64,000 nucleotides of DNA from Camelus dromedarius (GCF_036321535.1 NC_087437.1:102736001-102800000), one strand, 5' to 3'. Positions 1 through 14,510 are shown, numbered from the stretch's first letter. Made by a program: numbers and translations. The notes: a model not told the origin generated them from the sequence alone.

Positions 1-814
1 GGCACTGCCAGGGCTATATACCAAGCCTGTGGTCTTTCAAAAAACTGAGAACTCAGAGTTTGAATCAATATTCCTCTGGAGCTTGGGTTGAAGAGAAGAC
101 TCTATCAGCTGGGCATACTCACTTACAAAAATTTCTAAAAACTGTTAATATAATGATGTATAATCCCTTAAAAACATTGGTTGCTATATCTTTCAAACAT
201 AGTGTTTTTCTTCTTATGTCTACTTACTGTTTTAAATTGGGACAATATATTATGAGTATTCATCTTTTTCTGCAAATACTTAGTAAAATAGTGATTTTCC
301 ACTTCCACATGGTCCAATAATCCTTCAGAGGTGCCATAGGGCAGCTTTAGAATTCTTGTGGGAAATGAAATGGCTAGCTCTGCATCCTTCATTCTCAGAT
401 TTCAACTGGCTCCATTTCAATATTATAAGCACACACATTCATGCATATGTGTACACAAATATACAAATATTTTGTTTTACATAAAAATTAACATGAAAAA
501 TGTTACAGTACTAATAAAGGTTTGAAAATACATTACCATATAATTTCAACTTAATGAGTGATACGTCATTATTATTTTAATTGATATTTTACATGATCTC
601 TTTTAAACCAATCCAGAATTATTGGTGATTTAGTTGGTTGTCCAGCCTACATCATAATGAATAAAGCTGCTGTGAATCTGAGAGCTGAATTCCTAACTAT
701 GCTCATGGTTGTAATTTCAAAGTGAAATTGGCAAACATTGGTAATGTATATATATAATGCTAAATAATTTTACTGTAACATTGTGCAAAAATTACAATAA
801 TAGATAATTGAGAA

Positions 815-1050
815 AAATAGAATGTACAACACCAAGAGTGAACCGTAATGTAAACCACAGATTTTTGGGTGATAATGATGTGTCAGTCCACAGTCATCAG
901 TTGACACAAAGGTGCCACTCTGATGGAGGAAGTTGACAATCAAGGAGACTATGCAAATGTGGAGGCAGGGGGTATATGGGAAATCTCCACATCTTCTGCT
1001 CAATTTTTCTGTGAACCTAAAACTGCTCTAAACAAATCTATTTAAAAAAT
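815..1050 (+). mobile_element. LINE-1 3' end fragment (L1MC1-like)
   Basis: Contains TACAACACCAAGAGTGAACC...GGGGTATATGGGAAATCTC...TGTGAACCTAAAACTGCTCTAAA followed by an A-rich tail, matching the recalled L1MC 3'UTR. Confidence 0.85.
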
Positions 1051-1309
1051 AGCAAAAGCGAAAATACTACCAGTAAAAATTTAGAGGTGTAACCAAAGCT
1101 GTGTCAAAGGAAAACTCTTTATCTTTGAAGTATTTTATCATTAAAAATTTTTTAAAAACATATAATGAAGACACTTATCTCAAGAAAGCCAACAAACAAT
1201 AAAGCCAGTATTAGAGAAGCAATAGTTAGGATGTGATGTTTAAAATGTATAAATTAATGAAGTTGCAAAGAGAAAATGTGAAGAAACAGAATCTATAAGT
1301 TCTTGAACT

Positions 1310-1500
1310 CTTCTTGGTGTCAGACTTCCTGCTCAGTGTTCTGAAAACTTTATGGATAACAGTCCTATGAGGCTGACACTTAATTCTATTTCACATAAGG
1401 AACTAATACTTAGAGATAGGAAGGAAATGCCAAGGTCAAAAGGAAAGTGAATAGTGAATGTAGAATTTAAGCTACTTCTACTTGAGCACATGCTCTTAAT
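1310..1500 (-). mobile_element. MIR SINE, degraded
   Basis: Reverse-strand MIR core-like words: AACAGTCCTATGAGG, TTTCACATAAGGAACT, TGCCAAGGTCA, ATGCTCTTAA. Confidence 0.55.
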
Positions 1501-1989
1501 AAACAAATTATAATGTCTATAACATACAAGTCTAATGTAAATTATTTAGAGATCAGTGAAATAGAAAAGTTTTGGAAGATTTTAGACTAAAACATTTCTG
1601 CAGCCCCCAATCCTCTAATGCATGCTTTATCCTTTCTGTACCCTTAGAATTAAAGAAATACTTAGGTATTCCTGAAAAATCAGAGGAAAGAGGTCTATGG
1701 AAGTAACCTAGGGGAGGGTTGAATATAAAACAATAGATTATGGGGAGGCCTTGATCTTCAAAGTTCTGTGAAGTAGGCGCAGGTGTGTATATTTTAGAGG
1801 AATGATGGAATTAGGGATAGTGGATTCCTCTCTGAAAATGTGGCTGCCTGCTAAACTTACTATAACAAATTGCTATGACATCCCTACCAGCTAGTGCTGA
1901 GCCTCACTGTGACGGCAAAGAAAATAACATACCCGGCAGAAACTTTGGCAAAACACTAGTATCTAAGATAGAAGAGAGTGACTGGGTCC

Positions 1990-4900
1990 TTGTGTTGCTT
2001 GAGATGTAACTGTGTAAAGTAATTTTATAACTGTTAATAATACTTTGTAAAATAAACAGAGAATCAGGAATCCAGCAGAAAAGGGAAGGGGGGATGAAAT
2101 GATGGGGATGGCAAAACCTAGTCAATCCAAAAGAAAGCATGAGAAGAAAAAGTGGGCAAAAATGAGGCTGAAAAAGCTGGACAAAGAGAAAACATGTAAT
2201 AAGATGTTAGAAGTAATCCATATAGGTCAGAATTCATAGTATATTACATGGTTAAATTTCTAACTACAAATTAATATAATGAAGCTGCATAAAGAAACAA
2301 AATCCAGCAAAATGCTGTGTAAAGAAATCCTGACATTATAAGGAAATAAATATTGAAACAGAAAAGATAGAAAATACATGCCAAAAAATAATAACAAACA
2401 GAAATCTAGTTTGGCTTAATTAATAACACAATTAATATCACAAAACAATTGCCTTTGTAGGGAAAAATATTACAAGTGTTCAGTCATGTAAAAAAAATGA
2501 TCATTTTCAATTAATGGTGATGAGATAAGAATGCAAAATTTCTATGCAAATGATGACATAACTCCAAAATATAAAAATGAAATTTAACATAAATTTGAAA
2601 ATGAAAAATTTGAAAAATGGAGAATCTCACCATGTTTTTTAACAGTGTTTTTCTGATGAAACAAATGAAAAAACTAATAAAATCAACACAATTAGAAAAC
2701 AACTGGAAATTGTCTAATGAATATACATAGAATATTATACACAACAATCTGAGAGTTCATAGTCTTCTCAAACACAATTAGAATCATTAGTTTTTAAAAG
2801 GTGATGTTCAAGGTTCTACTTTAAGAGTTTTAAGAGACAATTTAGAATGGAAACAAAACATATGAAGTGCATGCATACTAAAAGAGAATCTAAGTCAATG
2901 GTGAGATTTAACACACTTTTAAGTAAAAACTATACAAATCAACTTAAATTTAATAGAAGTCACACATGGCTCATCGTAGTACTTGATCAGATAATTTTAA
3001 GATTAATATGGACCAACAACAACAAAAGGCCATGGATAGACCAAGTACTTTTGAAGGGGCAAAAATAAATGTTTTTAGTAGTTTTAAATTTGGGGGCTTA
3101 TCATGGAAACAGAGGTCCAGTTTCTTAGAGGCAAATTAAGAAACCATAAATGTCATTGTAAAAGAAAAAAAATCACATTTGGCTATATAAAATTTAAAAC
3201 TTTCATAAGACAAAAGATATGACAAATTTATTATACAAAAATAATTAAGAACAATATTTGAAACTTGGATATCAAATAAAAGATCTCTACTATAAACAAA
3301 TGTGCTAATTAATTACAAAATTAAACCTAAGTTAGCATATAAACAGAAAAAGTATGTGAAAAAGTCACAAAGAGCAAAACCAAATGACCATTTAAATATA
3401 TGATGTCAAATGGCGTGGTCATCTTCTTACTGGTCAAAGAAGTGAAAATTGAATTTGCAATGAAACATCACTATGTACCCAGCTCATTACCAAAAAATAA
3501 ATAGTATGATAATTTCTACATTTAGCAGAGATGATGGAGGTGGTTCTGGGAACTATTCCGAATAACTGAAAAACAATACAGTTTTTAAAAATAAAGTTTT
3601 ACCCAAGCACTTAAGATTTCTATCAAAGTACCATAAAAATGCCTATATTAAGCATCAAAATATCATAGCATCTGCAGCCATAACAACCACCACATGGGAT
3701 AACAAAGAAAAACAGATGAAGACAGAGCATAGGAAGAAACACTTTATACTCCCATCATCTTAAGTCAAGCCGAATGAGATAAAGACGAATATACAGACAT
3801 GAGAGCAAGTAAATCTAATTTTGATATATCATATTGTATTTTTTAAAAGCGGGGACTTGACATTCTTTTGGACAAAGAGTATTTTAAAAATGATTGTCTT
3901 ATACATGGAGCATTCGAACAATGAGTATCTATTTCTCCACAAAGTAAGCTTCAATAAATTCCAGAAAGAAAAAAAATAGTACAAAAAAATTCTATGATCT
4001 CAATAGGATAAAACCAGACATAGATAACAAATCAGAAATGAAAAAGCACACTATACATGGAAATTAAAAAACAAGGCAACAATGTCAACAAAGCTCTTCT
4101 TCAAACAATTCTTAGGTCAAAAGGAAATCCAAACTACAATTTCATCTGGGATACAACTAAAGTAATTATCATAAGTGTAATTGATAATTCTAAATTTTTA
4201 TATTAAGTTAAATATAAAAATAAACATTTTTAGCATATAACTTAAAAGCTTAGGGAAAGAGCACAAAATAAAGAAGATGGCATTAAAAACTTAATTAGCA
4301 AAAATTAATGGATTAGCAGTAAAATACTATAATAATTGGTTATTAAACCATAAAGCCAATTCTGTGAATAAAATACTAAAATAAATCCTAAGAGTTCTCA
4401 ACATAAGGACAAAAATTTTTTTTCTCTTTCTGCTTTTTGTATCTATTTGAGATGATGGATATTCATTCAGCTTACTGAGGTAATCATTTCATAATGTGTG
4501 TAAGTCAAATCATCATGTTGTACACCTTACACTTAGTGCTGTATATCAATTATATCTCAGTAAAACAGGAACAAATTAGTAGCTATAGTAATCAGAAATA
4601 AGGAATAATATATGGCACCTATATATAATTATAATGGGAAAATAACCGTTCGTACATTGGATATTTAAAGAAACTTAGGAAAAATTTTGTTCAAAACTAT
4701 AAATTCAAGGGCAATTTTGCTCAAAATTATGAAGATAACTTTGAGATACTGACTGAAATAGATGATTTAGTATGAACATATAGTACTGTAAATATTCCTA
4801 GTGCATATGAAAGCATTAAGCAAATAGCTCATTGAAAAAAAGAGAGAAATTTGTCTTAAAACCCTCAAAAAACTCCAAGATCCAGATAGTATAATGGAGA

Positions 4901-6610
4901 ATTTAAATTGTAAGGAACATAAGTTTCCACATCTATTAAAATTGTTCCAGAAAATAAAAAGAAAGATTTCTTTTTTTTTTTTTTTGAAGCTTGCATAGCA
5001 TGGAGCCCTAATTTGTCAAAGATGATGCAAAAAAGAAAAACAATAAACTAATTTAATTGATTAACATACTACAAAAATACCACCTATTAGTAAACATAAA
5101 TCAAAAACATAGTAAACTAATAATAAAATAAGGACAAGGAATAAAATAAGGACAAGGACAAGGAATTTTAATTATAAAATAATGACAAGGAATAGTTTTT
5201 CCATCCTCAGCAATCTAAAATCATTTGATATTTGGTGAAGAATTTATATATTATATTATATAGAATAATATATATCACATATATTATATGTAATATATAT
5301 CATAATGATATTATAAATAGATGTTAAGTAGAAAACATCTATTTATAGTGAAACAAAATCATTAATAAAATATGAAAAGGTAAATATTTCTGTACTAAAA
5401 AAATTATTAGTAAAAACATGATAGTGAAATGGCAGACAGGTAGATGTAAAACAATAGAAAGTCCAGAAATGCACCTAAATATTATAAAAAATTAAGTATA
5501 CAGTAGAGGTCAGGACATAGATTTGACAAATCAGTGATAGTTATCTGGGGAAAAAAAGAAACTTGAATCCATATTCATTTCAAAATGGAAAAAAAAAAGA
5601 AACTTTAGGTAGAAAACAGATTCATAAAAGTGACAGAAGAAACCAGGAGAAGATTGCTTTACCAACACTCAGTGCATGAAGCCTACCTAACTCTGACCGA
5701 ATTATGTGAAACTGAAAAAGACATTTGCCTACATTCACATTTTTAACACTAGAAATCCTCTAGATGAGAAAACAGACCACCATTAGAAAGACATTCTGTC
5801 AAACAGGGAGAAGTAATTGCAACACATCACTAAGGCAAATATATAATTATAAAAATCTATTTTGAAGAGAATGAATAGCACAATAGAAACAACAAACAAA
5901 AGGGTAAAGAGTTCACAGAAAAGCAGATACAAATAGCTGTTAAGCATAAATAGCTGTTAGGCCATCTGAAAACAAATACATAAGCGAAAAAAAAAAACCC
6001 ACTAAGGTATGATTTTCCCCCTCTCAGATGGGCAAAGATGCCAGTAAGACGGGAAATGAGACACTGTCACACACTGCTGGTGGGATTACAAAGTGCACTG
6101 TGGGCAGATATTGTATCTTTTCAAATAGCTTGTCTCTTAGAAGAACAAGAACCCTTTAAATCAGTAAAACCCCATTGCTGAGTGTTTAGTTCAAGTTTAT
6201 TCAAAAATTTTGAAATGACACATGAACACATCAATAAAAGTCAAGACAAAGTAGGATGGATCTAAGCATGGGCTGCACACAGCCCCGGAAAAACAGAGGG
6301 AAATGAAGAGAAAATTGGAAGAAGTCAGCTCCAAAAACATTACTAGAGGAAAATGTTAAAGTGAACACTATTCTATGTGATAGTCATTTTATACAAAAAT
6401 ATAAATATCTAGCTAGCTACTCAGCGTTCCTTCCAAGCACATAAAATACCTCTAGAAGAACATAAAAGACTGATAGGATTGGTGGGTAGTGTGGGAAAAC
6501 TGAGGTTATACAGTGAGAACTTCAAATCATGCCTCACTGAGGTGGGAGGAAGTATTGTCATTATATACTTTTTGAACTTTTGAATTTTACTGTGTTACAT
6601 CATTAAAATC
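1990..6610 (+). mobile_element. Mosaic of old, highly degraded LINE-1 (L1M/L1ME-type) ORF2 and 3' fragments
   Basis: Strong A-skew over 4.6 kb with recognisable ORF2-derived words (AATCCAAAAGAAAGC, TACATGGAAATTAAAAAAC, AAATTGTTCCAGAAAATA, CACACTGCTGGTGGGA). No long ORF; boundaries approximate. Confidence 0.7.
4383..4573 (+). mobile_element. Younger LINE-1 3'UTR fragment nested in the old L1 mosaic
   Basis: CCTAAGAGTTCTCA...GAGATGATGGAT...GTAATCATTTCATAATG...GTACACCTTA...TCAATTATATCTCA matches a laurasiatherian L1 3' terminus. Confidence 0.75.
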
Positions 6611-7202
6611 AGGAAAAGGGACTAAGAAAGTTGTCAAAAGATTTTATTGATTGTTTCCTGTTTTTTCTAAACTGACTGCTAATGAAATATAATATAGATG
6701 ATCTCCAACAAAGATTATCATTTGATGATACGTGATGCGTTTAATTGTAACAAAACGATGTCCCTAACATTTCACTTGCCTTATTCTTAGAAATTAATGC
6801 ACAAATTTGAACACAGGAAAAGACAGCAACTGCGGATGTTGGATTGACTTAAGGAGATCGAGAATCACTTTGAGACGTGTGAGGCGGAGAGTAGGCATGC
6901 TGACCTCTAGATCTCAGAGCTGACTCACTGCACAGAGGAGGCAGTAAGCAGTCTGATGTGGAACCCAGGGAGTCTGAGCAGTAAGAGACCTGGGACAGAA
7001 GACAGAGGAGAGCAGAGAAGAGCTGAAACCGAAAGGTCAGGGATCCTTCAGGCAGTAGAAGCATAGTAGCACAAGGGATGAGAGCCAGAGTTCGAGAAGA
7101 CAACCTGACATTCTCCATCAACTGCCAGACAATAATAATCAGGTATAAGAGCCATATTCCTAAGGATGCTTTTCGTAGTGATCAACCATTCATCCATCCT
7201 TT

Positions 7203-7839
7203 TGTTAGAGCAGGCAGATAGCTAGATATGAGCAGAGAAATGGGGACGCAGACCAAATGGCAGGAGTTGGGTGGAAAGGAGGGGCACGGGCCAAATGCAG
7301 GAAGTCATACATCATGTAAGCACCAGGGGTCCCAGGGCAGAGAAAGAAAAGCAGGAACCTCTGGGCCATAAGCAGTCACACATTTTGGGGTGATGAGAGG
7401 ACTGGAGGTGGAAAAGGCAGGAATCTCCTGTGTCCCAAAGCAACCTTTTGCTCTATATGCACTCATTATAATAAAATTAGACTTGCGGTTTAGAAGTACC
7501 CATCAAGCACTGACACCGCGACGCTTCTGATCCAGACTAAATAAGGGCCAAAACCCCTCCTCCCTTTGGGAAGGTGGAGCTCGGATGAAAAGCAGGGAAT
7601 ATGACCCCAAACCCTTCCCTCCCTAATGAATAGCCTACCCATTTTTACACTCTATGTAACCAACTTGCCAAAGAAACTCAAGGCAGCTGCTCTCCTGAGC
7701 CTGCCCGCTCTCCCCTTCAGAGCGTGCAATCCATCCCATAATAAATCCTCACTTTATTTCCTTAACCTCTGTGTCTTGTCTCTGAATTCTTCCTGAGATG
7801 AGATAAAAACCTAGACAGTGGGTACATCTACCAGCAACA
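7203..7839 (+). mobile_element. Solo ERV1-class LTR, 637 bp
   Basis: Begins TGTT and ends AACA (inverted termini). Perfect 4-bp target-site duplication CTTT at 7199-7202 and 7840-7843. AATAAA at 7740-7745 is followed by a GT/T-rich U5-like tract. Confidence 0.9.
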
Positions 7840-8179
7840 CTTTGAGCAAACATCTTGCTAAAGTCCTAAAGACTTTACATCTTGCTATTTCAAGGTAAAA
7901 AAAAAACCAAAAAACAAAAAACTGATATAAAAATGTTTTTAAAGCCTTTTTAATAGCTTAACATTCCATGGGTTTTCAGAATTGGCCCTTAAAATATGTA
8001 CCTCTGCCTGGAGTTTTGCTATAAGTTCTCTAAATAGATATTATTCTTTCATACTCAAATGGAAGAAAAATCACTAAATCTTCCTTACATCAAATGACTT
8101 TTCTCCCAATGCATGTATTTTTTTTCATCATTTACCTTTCATGCTTGATATAAATATATTGTTCTGTGGTAAGCGTGTA

Positions 8180-8692
8180 TAGATTTCCAACTTAAGAGAG
8201 TTGGGCTTATGATTTTTCAACTCTGCCATGATGTGGAAGCTATACACATTCAGTAGAATCTATACTTCAAATTTGAATTTTGAACTTTCCCCAGGCTAGC
8301 AACGTGCAGTAAAATTCTCTCTTGATGCTGGGCAGGGTGAGAAGCCATAGCTCCCAGTCAGGCACATAATCACAAGTGTAAACAATCTATAGCCCTACAA
8401 CCATTTTGTAACCATATAATAACCATTCTATTTTTTTTAACTTCCAGTACAGTATTCAATAAATTACCTGAGATATCCACCACTTTATTATAAAATAGGC
8501 TTTGCGTTAGATGATTAGATGATTTTGCCCAACTGTAGGTTAATGGAAGTGTTCTGTGCACATTTAAGGCAGGCTAGGCTAAGGCATGAGGTTTGGCAGA
8601 TCAGGTGTACTAAATGTATTTTACTAAGAATCTCTTCAACTTATAAAGGGTTTTATCCGGACATAACCTCGTTGTAAGTCAAGGAAGATGTG
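8180..8692 (-). mobile_element. Tigger4 (Tigger4b/Zombi-type) non-autonomous TcMar DNA transposon
   Basis: Reverse complement follows the recalled Tigger4 consensus (TTAGCCTAGCCTGCCTTAAA, CAGTTGGGCAAAATCATCTAA, AAGCCTATTTTATAATAAAGTG). TA dinucleotides flank both ends. Confidence 0.88.
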
Positions 8693-11600
8693 TAGTTGTT
8701 TGAGGGGGGATGTGTTCTTTGCTTTCCACACCATGTGAATGAATGTAAAGTATACCAATCTGGGATATAACGCATTAGAAAAATCATATTTATTATTCAC
8801 CTAAGAAATATTTTATAAACATTTGCATGTGTGAGCCTAGTATTTTGTATACTGAGAAGCAAGTGTTAATTACTGAAAGGCAGGCAGCTGTGAAAGTATT
8901 TTCCTACTGTGATTGAGTTCTCTTCACATCACTGATTTATTTGTAGAGTAAAGATAAAAAGGAACTCAAAATCTGTATCAGATGGGAATCAACTGGATGT
9001 GGTTAAAGCTGAAAACAAAACATCCTTCATAAATACATTGTTTCAAGGGCACACTCGAAAGTAACAGAGGTAACTTCCCTAAGATTTACTTCTCTGATTA
9101 ATTTATAAATTGGGTTCTAAGCTTCTTAGCATATATAACACATCCTTTTCTCAGAAAACGGAGGTTTATTTTGAACACATGGACTTCTGTATTTAAACTT
9201 GAATGTATAAAGTCCCTTCTCAGGACCTTACTTCACAAGGATACTTCAGGAGAGTTAAAGATTCAAAGGATAAGCAATTAATTCCTATTTTACTCAGATT
9301 TTCCCCCCTAAATATGGAAAATGTATGAGAAGATAAATATTATGAAAGGAATTGGTGTGATAGAAAGTCCAAAGTGATGAGTCCAGAGAGTTTTGCCAGC
9401 TGTATGATTAAATCCGTATCTGACCCTCCAACTTCAATTTCTCTAACTAAGAGTAGAGATAACAATACTGTATCCATGTACAGCAATACACCATGTGGAT
9501 ATGTGTATATCTATGAATGTCAATGCACCTAATGTGTCAGCAAATAAAAATGGGAGTTATAAAAGCCGGAGGCTAGTCTACATTATGTCATCTATATTGT
9601 CTACATGACAAAAAATTTTTGAATGCAAGTTATGTGCCGAGAATATTATTGTAATGATCACTATTGTGTGTGTGGGTAAATTAATATATACATTGGTCAA
9701 GTCACTTTGTAAAAGTAATATCTGTAGGAATGTCCCTTTGGACAAGCAGGGGGATTTACTCCGTTGAAGATTCTTACAAACATCAATTATTTTTAAGCAA
9801 ATAAAATAGTTAAGGCATTAAAATTCAAGGTAAATTACTAGAGGTTTAAGGATTAGTGGAATTCCAATCACTCCAGAAAAGATAGATTGGCAAGAAAGGG
9901 CAAGTTGGAAGCAGTAAGTGTGGTAGCTGTTGAAGAAATAGGCAGCAGATGGAGGTTGGACTGAAATATTAAGCACTGACTACGGGAAACGCTGTAGGAA
10001 GTAATGCATTTCTTTTAGAGATTACTCAAAAATAGTTCATCTTGGAGAGGAGCAATGGGTAAATGTCAGTATTCTTGAAACAGTTCCTACAATGGCAGTT
10101 TTAATATATGTGCAGATTTAGCAGTCATAAGTTTAGTAAACTATTAACTACATACACAGATTTTTGGCACAGAAGGATGGGATTCCCCACTGATTGAATC
10201 AGATATGCCTAAAAGAAGATGATGATGTATAATATCAACAATTTTCTTCACCACAATGTAAGTTAAACTTAATAATAGAACACATTTTGAATAATTTGAT
10301 CTTTGTATTAGAAAGTAAACAAGGAATAATACATAAGATACTAAAAATTTACATGTTGAATATTTAAAAACTATTTTATTTAATGAAAATATATAGAAAA
10401 TTAAAACACACATACAGTGTATACATGCACGGTGTGTGTGTATAAACCTTTTTCTGTATCCATCAACAATTAATATTAAATACTTTATCTAATTCACATA
10501 TTGTAAGAGAGTAACATAACACAGTAACATAGCATTTTACAAAGATTCCATTTTCTAAAACACAAATAGAAAATTATCTTGATATAAATTTGAGTAGACA
10601 ATATTCCTTCAGATTAAACTTTTGGTAAGTATTCCTCTCTGATTATAATCAATGAGCATATTCTCCAACCGAAGAGACTATAACTGATACCACTCCATGT
10701 GGAATGAAAAAAACAACTCAATTTACATTTCTGGATCTTTATGTAGGTATGCACTTGCCACTTTAAATTTCACACTTTAGTTCCCATTGAGCTATTTTCA
10801 AAACTAATTTTGAAGATAGAGATAAAGATGAAATTGTTCTGATACTAAACGTATTCTGTCACCAGGCCAGGGTTATCACCCTGTGCTACTTTCTCACTCA
10901 AATTCTACAACCTTCTCCACATTGTCTTTACTTCTCTCAAGCTGCTTGTTGCTTTTTTTATGAGATGCTCTTTATGGTAAGTAATTGGTGGAATGTCTAT
11001 GGCCACATTTGAAACACAAGTTTTTCTTTCTCTATCCCCCCAAAAAGAGTTTTTTTATTACAAATATTTCTAATCTGTTTAATTATCGTAATTAAAATGA
11101 GTCACAGTGAAATAAACAGTTGTAACTCACCCATAGTTTTGATTATAAAATATATAACAATATAGTAACTTCATGCCCACAATGAAGTACAGAGCTATAC
11201 AACTTACAAATAAACTTTACCTTCCCAGTTTTCTTAATAGAGTGTTCTTCTTTGACCTAGAATATCCTCTGAAATCTCTGTGAATCAGGGAAGCCAAGTA
11301 TTAAATTTTAGTTTGAAAGTATTTAAAATTATTTATGGAAGTATCCTTAAAGAGGTTTAGTACATTCAATGGCCAAAGTGAATGAGATTGCAAAATAAAG
11401 AGCTTAAATTCACCATTTTGTGGATACTCATCAATTCATTTTGGTGTAGCATTTATTGGTAATTATCTCAACTCATCAAAGTAGAAATCCAGATTTGTTC
11501 TACAGAGTGCTATGTTTATGTAAAATTTGGTTGCATAAAAAGTAGCATTTTGCAGTATGGTGATTATAAGCCATATTAGTCTCATATGTTTATGGATAAC

Positions 11601-12079
11601 TCTGCTTTATGGCTAAAATTTTACAAATGATTATACTCACATGTGAAATTCTATGAAATACACTGAGCAGAGTATAGGGGACTTACTATCTGGGCACGGG
11701 GATGGATATATGAATATTACTATTTGAATGAGACTTCACAGATTATCAGGTCTATTGCAACACATTTTACTGACATATTCCATATGGTAGAAGTAAGTGA
11801 CAGTTTTGCATTAGGAAATTTAGAAATTTTGATCTTTGGGGTTCCATTCTTGAGTTTTCTTGAATGGTTAGAATAAGAAACTCTGGGATTCTCAAAAGAA
11901 ATTATTTAGTAGCATAAAATAGGAAACATAATACTGTTGACTTTTCAAAACATTTTTTTCAGGTGTTACTCACTCAGGGATATACTGTCTTCCTAAAATC
12001 CAATATAATCTATATTGGACTGCTCCCTAAATTTGCCATTTGTGAGCAACCTACCAATACTTCTCAACTCAAAATTTAT

Positions 12080-12870
12080 GTATTTGAGGACAATGTGAGC
12101 ATCAATGTACTGGTAATAACAAGTTACATCCTTTTGAATAAAACAGGAATCTCTGAGTCTACACCAATGTAAATTGGCAAGTTAATTATAAATGGAGAAA
12201 GAGGAAAGTTCTTCCTCAAAGCTGAATTGTAATTAATGAGTGTAGAAGGAATGATTGGAATAGTAAATCTCCTCTTGCTAATCATCACAGTAATAATTAA
12301 CTCAAACATCAATGGATGCTGAAACTAGTATGTAAAAGTTAGATGAGTGTTGGAATATTTGCATATCTCAGAGTACTTCCCAGCAGAAATTTTATTAATT
12401 AAAAAAGAGGAAAGAGTAACATTACACTAAATAAAGCTAGCACACAACCTTAAATAAGTGATCAAAGTCAATATCCCCAGGAATGTGATAGATTGACATG
12501 CAATGAGAAGAACACAGCACCACTTCTATGATATTCTTGTCAAAAATACATAACCATAATCTGATCACGAGGAAACATCAGACAAACTCAAATTGAGGAA
12601 CACTTTACAAAATGACTGGCCTATATTCTTCAAAATTTAAGGCCAAGAAGATCAAAGAAGCCTTGAGGAATAATTTCAGAATGAGGAAGACTAAAGAAAC
12701 ATGGTGATCAATGCAAGGAATGATTGAGAATTAGATTTTTTTCTCAAGAGGCCATTATTGGGGCGGTTGGTGAACTTCAATGGGATGTTTCAGTGAAGGA
12801 TTCTGGGGACTACTTTGCACTGTTCTTGCAATGTTTTACTACATTTGATATTACATCAAAACAAAGATAA
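12080..12870 (+). mobile_element. LINE-1 3'UTR fragment (L1MC4/L1MC3-like)
   Basis: Diagnostic L1MC 3'UTR words: AAGTGATCAAAGTCAATATC, AATCTGATCACGAGGAAACATCAGACAAACTCAAATTGAGG, ACAAAATGACTGGCCT, AGACTAAAGAAACATG. Confidence 0.85.
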
Positions 12871-14119
12871 AAGTGACTCATAGCTTCTTGGAGAATATAT
12901 TATTAAAATAAAATTATGATAGCAATTAGGGACTGATAATTTCTATGTCAATCCTTTACTATGCATACCTCTGTTTGAACATAAAGTTAGTGTTCTAATT
13001 TCTTGACTAGATTAACAGACATGCTAGTTGGGAAAAATTAGAATTTTTCTCTGGTTAACCCAAAGCTGGCAATCCAAAGGAAAATGTATTAAATTCACTC
13101 TGCCAAGGACTTTATAATGAACTAGCTATCTGCATCACAGTGATATCATATGTCTATTATACACAACACATACTTGACTAAATATTCAAACATCATTGAC
13201 CAAATAATTATCTATCATGACAACATTCTTTTAAAAAGCATGGAGTAGATATTATTATATGTGATGTAGAGTCTGAGACAGATAACCTGATGGCATATAG
13301 TGTCCTTGCTCTCATTTTTGATGTTGAGATGAGAGGTTATCTGACACAAATATAAAATCACCTCTTACAGCAAATACATATAACCCATCCCAATATATTC
13401 AGCAATTCATCAGTAATCAACTTGAAGATAAATGTGAAATTATAAGTGATTTTCCATCCTGCCTTTTTATGGACTATCTCAGGTACAGAATTATACAATA
13501 ACTTAAAAAAGACTCAACAAAATTTAAGTGTATGTGTTTGTTGTTAATAAGCCTCACCCCATGAAATTTTACTCCAGATCACGATGAAATATATTTTATT
13601 TGCCATGTCAGAAGAAGAAATAACCACTGAACAACTTGAATGTTATATTCATTTAAATTTGTTATGGCTGAAAAGAAAAGGAAAGAGGTTTTCTATGCAG
13701 GTGTATTTTTTCAATTTCAGTAAAGCAAAATGAGATTATATTAGCTATATGAAAACACCTGAGTTCCAGTATGCAAGTCTTGTTTTCAAGACTGCATGTA
13801 GGCAAAGTTATTTAGAGAATATCATTATCTGGGGCATTCTACCAAAAACTGTGAATAAAGGGAAATGTGGCAATACATCTTTAGTCATTTGAGCTGTCGA
13901 CTTCTTATTACAGTCTCAGATTCTAACATCTGGCAAAGGAATCTCATAATTACAAATTCTAGCTACCCCTTCCTTTAGTTTTACAAGCACATAGTAAGCA
14001 AATATGAAGTGCTCATTTAGAGAATATCTCAGTTATTTACAACGACAAATAGTGTGTACTTTTCTAAAATTCCCTACACAGTTGTAGTAGTGGGTTTCCA
14101 TGATAAAGGCAATGCCAGA

Positions 14120-14510
14120 GTTTGATTGGACTATTTTAATTTTCTCCCAGGTACACAGAAGGACTCCATTTCATCGGTCCCCTATCAGTTAGATGGGGCC
14201 AACTGGCAAGTGATAGGCAGAGGAAGATGGGCAGAAATGCTGTAGTGCACTTTCCTCCTGCCCTAAAACATCATACAAGTTTCCACTTCATCTTTTTATT
14301 TTCATTGGCAGGATGACAAGAGCCCAGCGGCCATACAAAACAAAGACAATGGAAGAAATTTTCTTCCCCAGTTTATCCCTTGAAGAAGAGAGGCCCAGGA
14401 GAGTTGTATGACTAAGATCATCCATATTGCACTGAAAAATAAACTTAAATGATGTTAATCCATTGATATTTGGGACCGTTTGTGATAGCAGCTCATTTAT
14501 CTGATAAGGA
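14120..14510 (+). mobile_element. MaLR solo LTR (MLT1I/J-like), degraded
   Basis: GACTCCATTTC...GTTAGATGGGGCCA...ATGGGCAGAAATG at the 5' end; AAATAAACTT...TTAATCCATTGATATTTGGG...GTTTGTGATAGCAGC as a typical MLT1 3' end. Confidence 0.65.

Noticed and set aside
5120..5190. Repeated AATAAAATAAGGACAAGG units as a CRISPR-like array
   Set aside because: There are only two or three abutting copies with no unique spacers, inside decayed L1 in a mammalian genome. This is simple slippage.
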